Shown here piece after piece: positions 63,442 to 64,000 of a DNA stretch of 64,000 nucleotides. Source of the DNA: Armatimonadota bacterium (GTDB lineage Bacteria > Armatimonadota > UBA5829); NCBI GenBank assembly GCA_026392045.1, contig JAPLCU010000008.1:3867-67866 (forward strand). The letters are read 5' to 3'. How positions within the stretch are numbered: the first letter of the stretch is position 1; every line of letters begins with the position of its first letter. Both the position numbers and the translations under genes were made by a program. The notes below the pieces were generated by a model. That model had not been told where the DNA came from, did not search any database, and saw only the letters and a program-made list of their open reading frames with translations.

Positions 63442-63504
63442 AATAACTAATACGGCAACCAGTACTACATTAGCTACGAACTCGGGTTTCGCTTGGCTCG
63501 CTAG
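63442..63504 (+). pseudogene. Orphan 3'-terminal fragment of an FGE-sulfatase paralogue
   Basis: The last 36 nt (CTACGAACTCGGGTTTCGCTTGGCTCGCTAGTCT) are identical to the end of 61939-63021. The preceding 30 nt are codon-aligned but diverged and contain an in-frame TAA. The sequence just downstream, CTCGCCCTTT, matches that downstream of 43473-44396. Confidence 0.6.
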
Positions 63505-63730
63505 TCTCGCCCTTTTCTCTCCTACCCTTTATAACCACGGGAGGGCGAAGGTCCCCCTGAGCCATTTCCCTTCGCAGCTACAAGGCTCGGCGGGAGCCTC
63601 GCCCTCCCATCATTCACCGCAAGTGAGTTCTTGATTTCATGCGCGTAGACGCGCATTTTTTAGCCGTCTGTGTTATAGTATTAATGAATCATTGTACCGA
63701 CCGATTGATAAATGGTATAAAGTTATTGTT

Positions 63731-64000
63731 ATGGCAATTAATGATTTTGGTAACACTCCCCATGTGGAGCAGAATATTGAAGAGACCAAGCAGCCGGTTC
63801 CGGTTGGAATAGCACGAATCAGGGACGAATGGCGCGAGGCAGGGCTGGTAGAGGATACCAGCGCTCCTCCCAAGGAAGAAGAGGAACCTGTTGTCTTCAC
63901 TGAGGTGGACGGCGGCGCGGGTATCGGCGACTACACATTGGATGGCGAGAAAGTGCGAAGCCAGTTGGCGCTCTCAGATGAAGCGTTCGGTCGCCTCATA
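63731..64000 (+). CDS. Hypothetical acidic protein, 3'-truncated by the window end
   Basis: Open frame of 90 codons from the ATG at 63731 to the window edge (MAINDFGNTPHVEQNIEETKQ...). No clear RBS. The antisense ORF 63673-63900 is judged to be its shadow. Confidence 0.35.
   Translation, partial: MAINDFGNTPHVEQNIEETKQPVPVGIARIRDEWREAGLVEDTSAPPKEEEEPVVFTEVDGGAGIGDYTLDGEKVRSQLALSDEAFGRLI

Noticed and set aside
62950-63504. DGR template-repeat/variable-region pair formed by the 3' end of gene 61939-63021 and the orphan fragment at 63442-63504
   Set aside because: Codon-by-codon comparison shows substitutions at non-adenine positions in both directions (for example TAT/TAC and CCT/CAG). Only ~60 nt align and no reverse transcriptase ORF is present. 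The fragment also does not fit as a template for the NNC-rich tail of 43473-44396.
1-64000. rRNA, tRNA, tmRNA or RNase P genes, and transposase, integrase or prophage genes that might explain the accessory regions
   Set aside because: I saw no cloverleaf-like or rRNA-like sequence in the intergenic regions. No ORF carries DDE, tyrosine/serine recombinase or phage structural motifs. A tRNAscan-SE/Infernal run would be the decisive check.

Overview
64-kb bacterial chromosomal window, about 50% GC by eye. I recognised no rRNA, tRNA, CRISPR array, transposase, integrase or reverse transcriptase. Housekeeping genes are lysC, lepA, a nifS-like cysteine desulfurase, recN, nadK, steA, a four-subunit 2-oxoacid:ferredoxin oxidoreductase operon, an SPFH protein and a sugar isomerase/oxidoreductase pair. 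Accessory material is interleaved with them. (i) A defence-like islet at 1.2-4.8 kb holds a protein with a HEPN-type Rx4H motif, convergent with an amino-methyltransferase fused to an Mrr-like nuclease domain. The pair is bracketed by inverted repeat modules. (ii) A solitary 1048-aa Type IIG/IIL-like nuclease-methyltransferase (35.8-39.0 kb) carries an in-frame palindromic-repeat insertion. (iii) Four giant secreted LamG-containing proteins are present; two are convergent paralogues with an N-terminal HExxH domain. (iv) There are three FGE-sulfatase/C-type-lectin-fold proteins. One ends in an A-poor, GC-shifted run of NNC codons that looks like a diversity-generating-retroelement (DGR) variable region, but no template repeat or RT is in the window. 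(v) Two PEP-CTERM proteins, a VapBC pair, a GxxExxY gene and four-helix-bundle (Avd-family) genes are also present. Intergenic DNA is saturated with a modular repeat system: at least 9 different heptanucleotide tandem arrays, three hairpin families and composite ~100-bp elements. These often occur as inverted pairs around small accessory genes. The nadK-recN-steA-mctB-like-GT2 synteny plus PEP-CTERM sorting signals suggests a non-proteobacterial environmental lineage, but the phylum cannot be determined from the sequence alone. All family calls are by-eye motif recognition. Repeat coordinates read off the sequence lines may be off by 1-2 nt.
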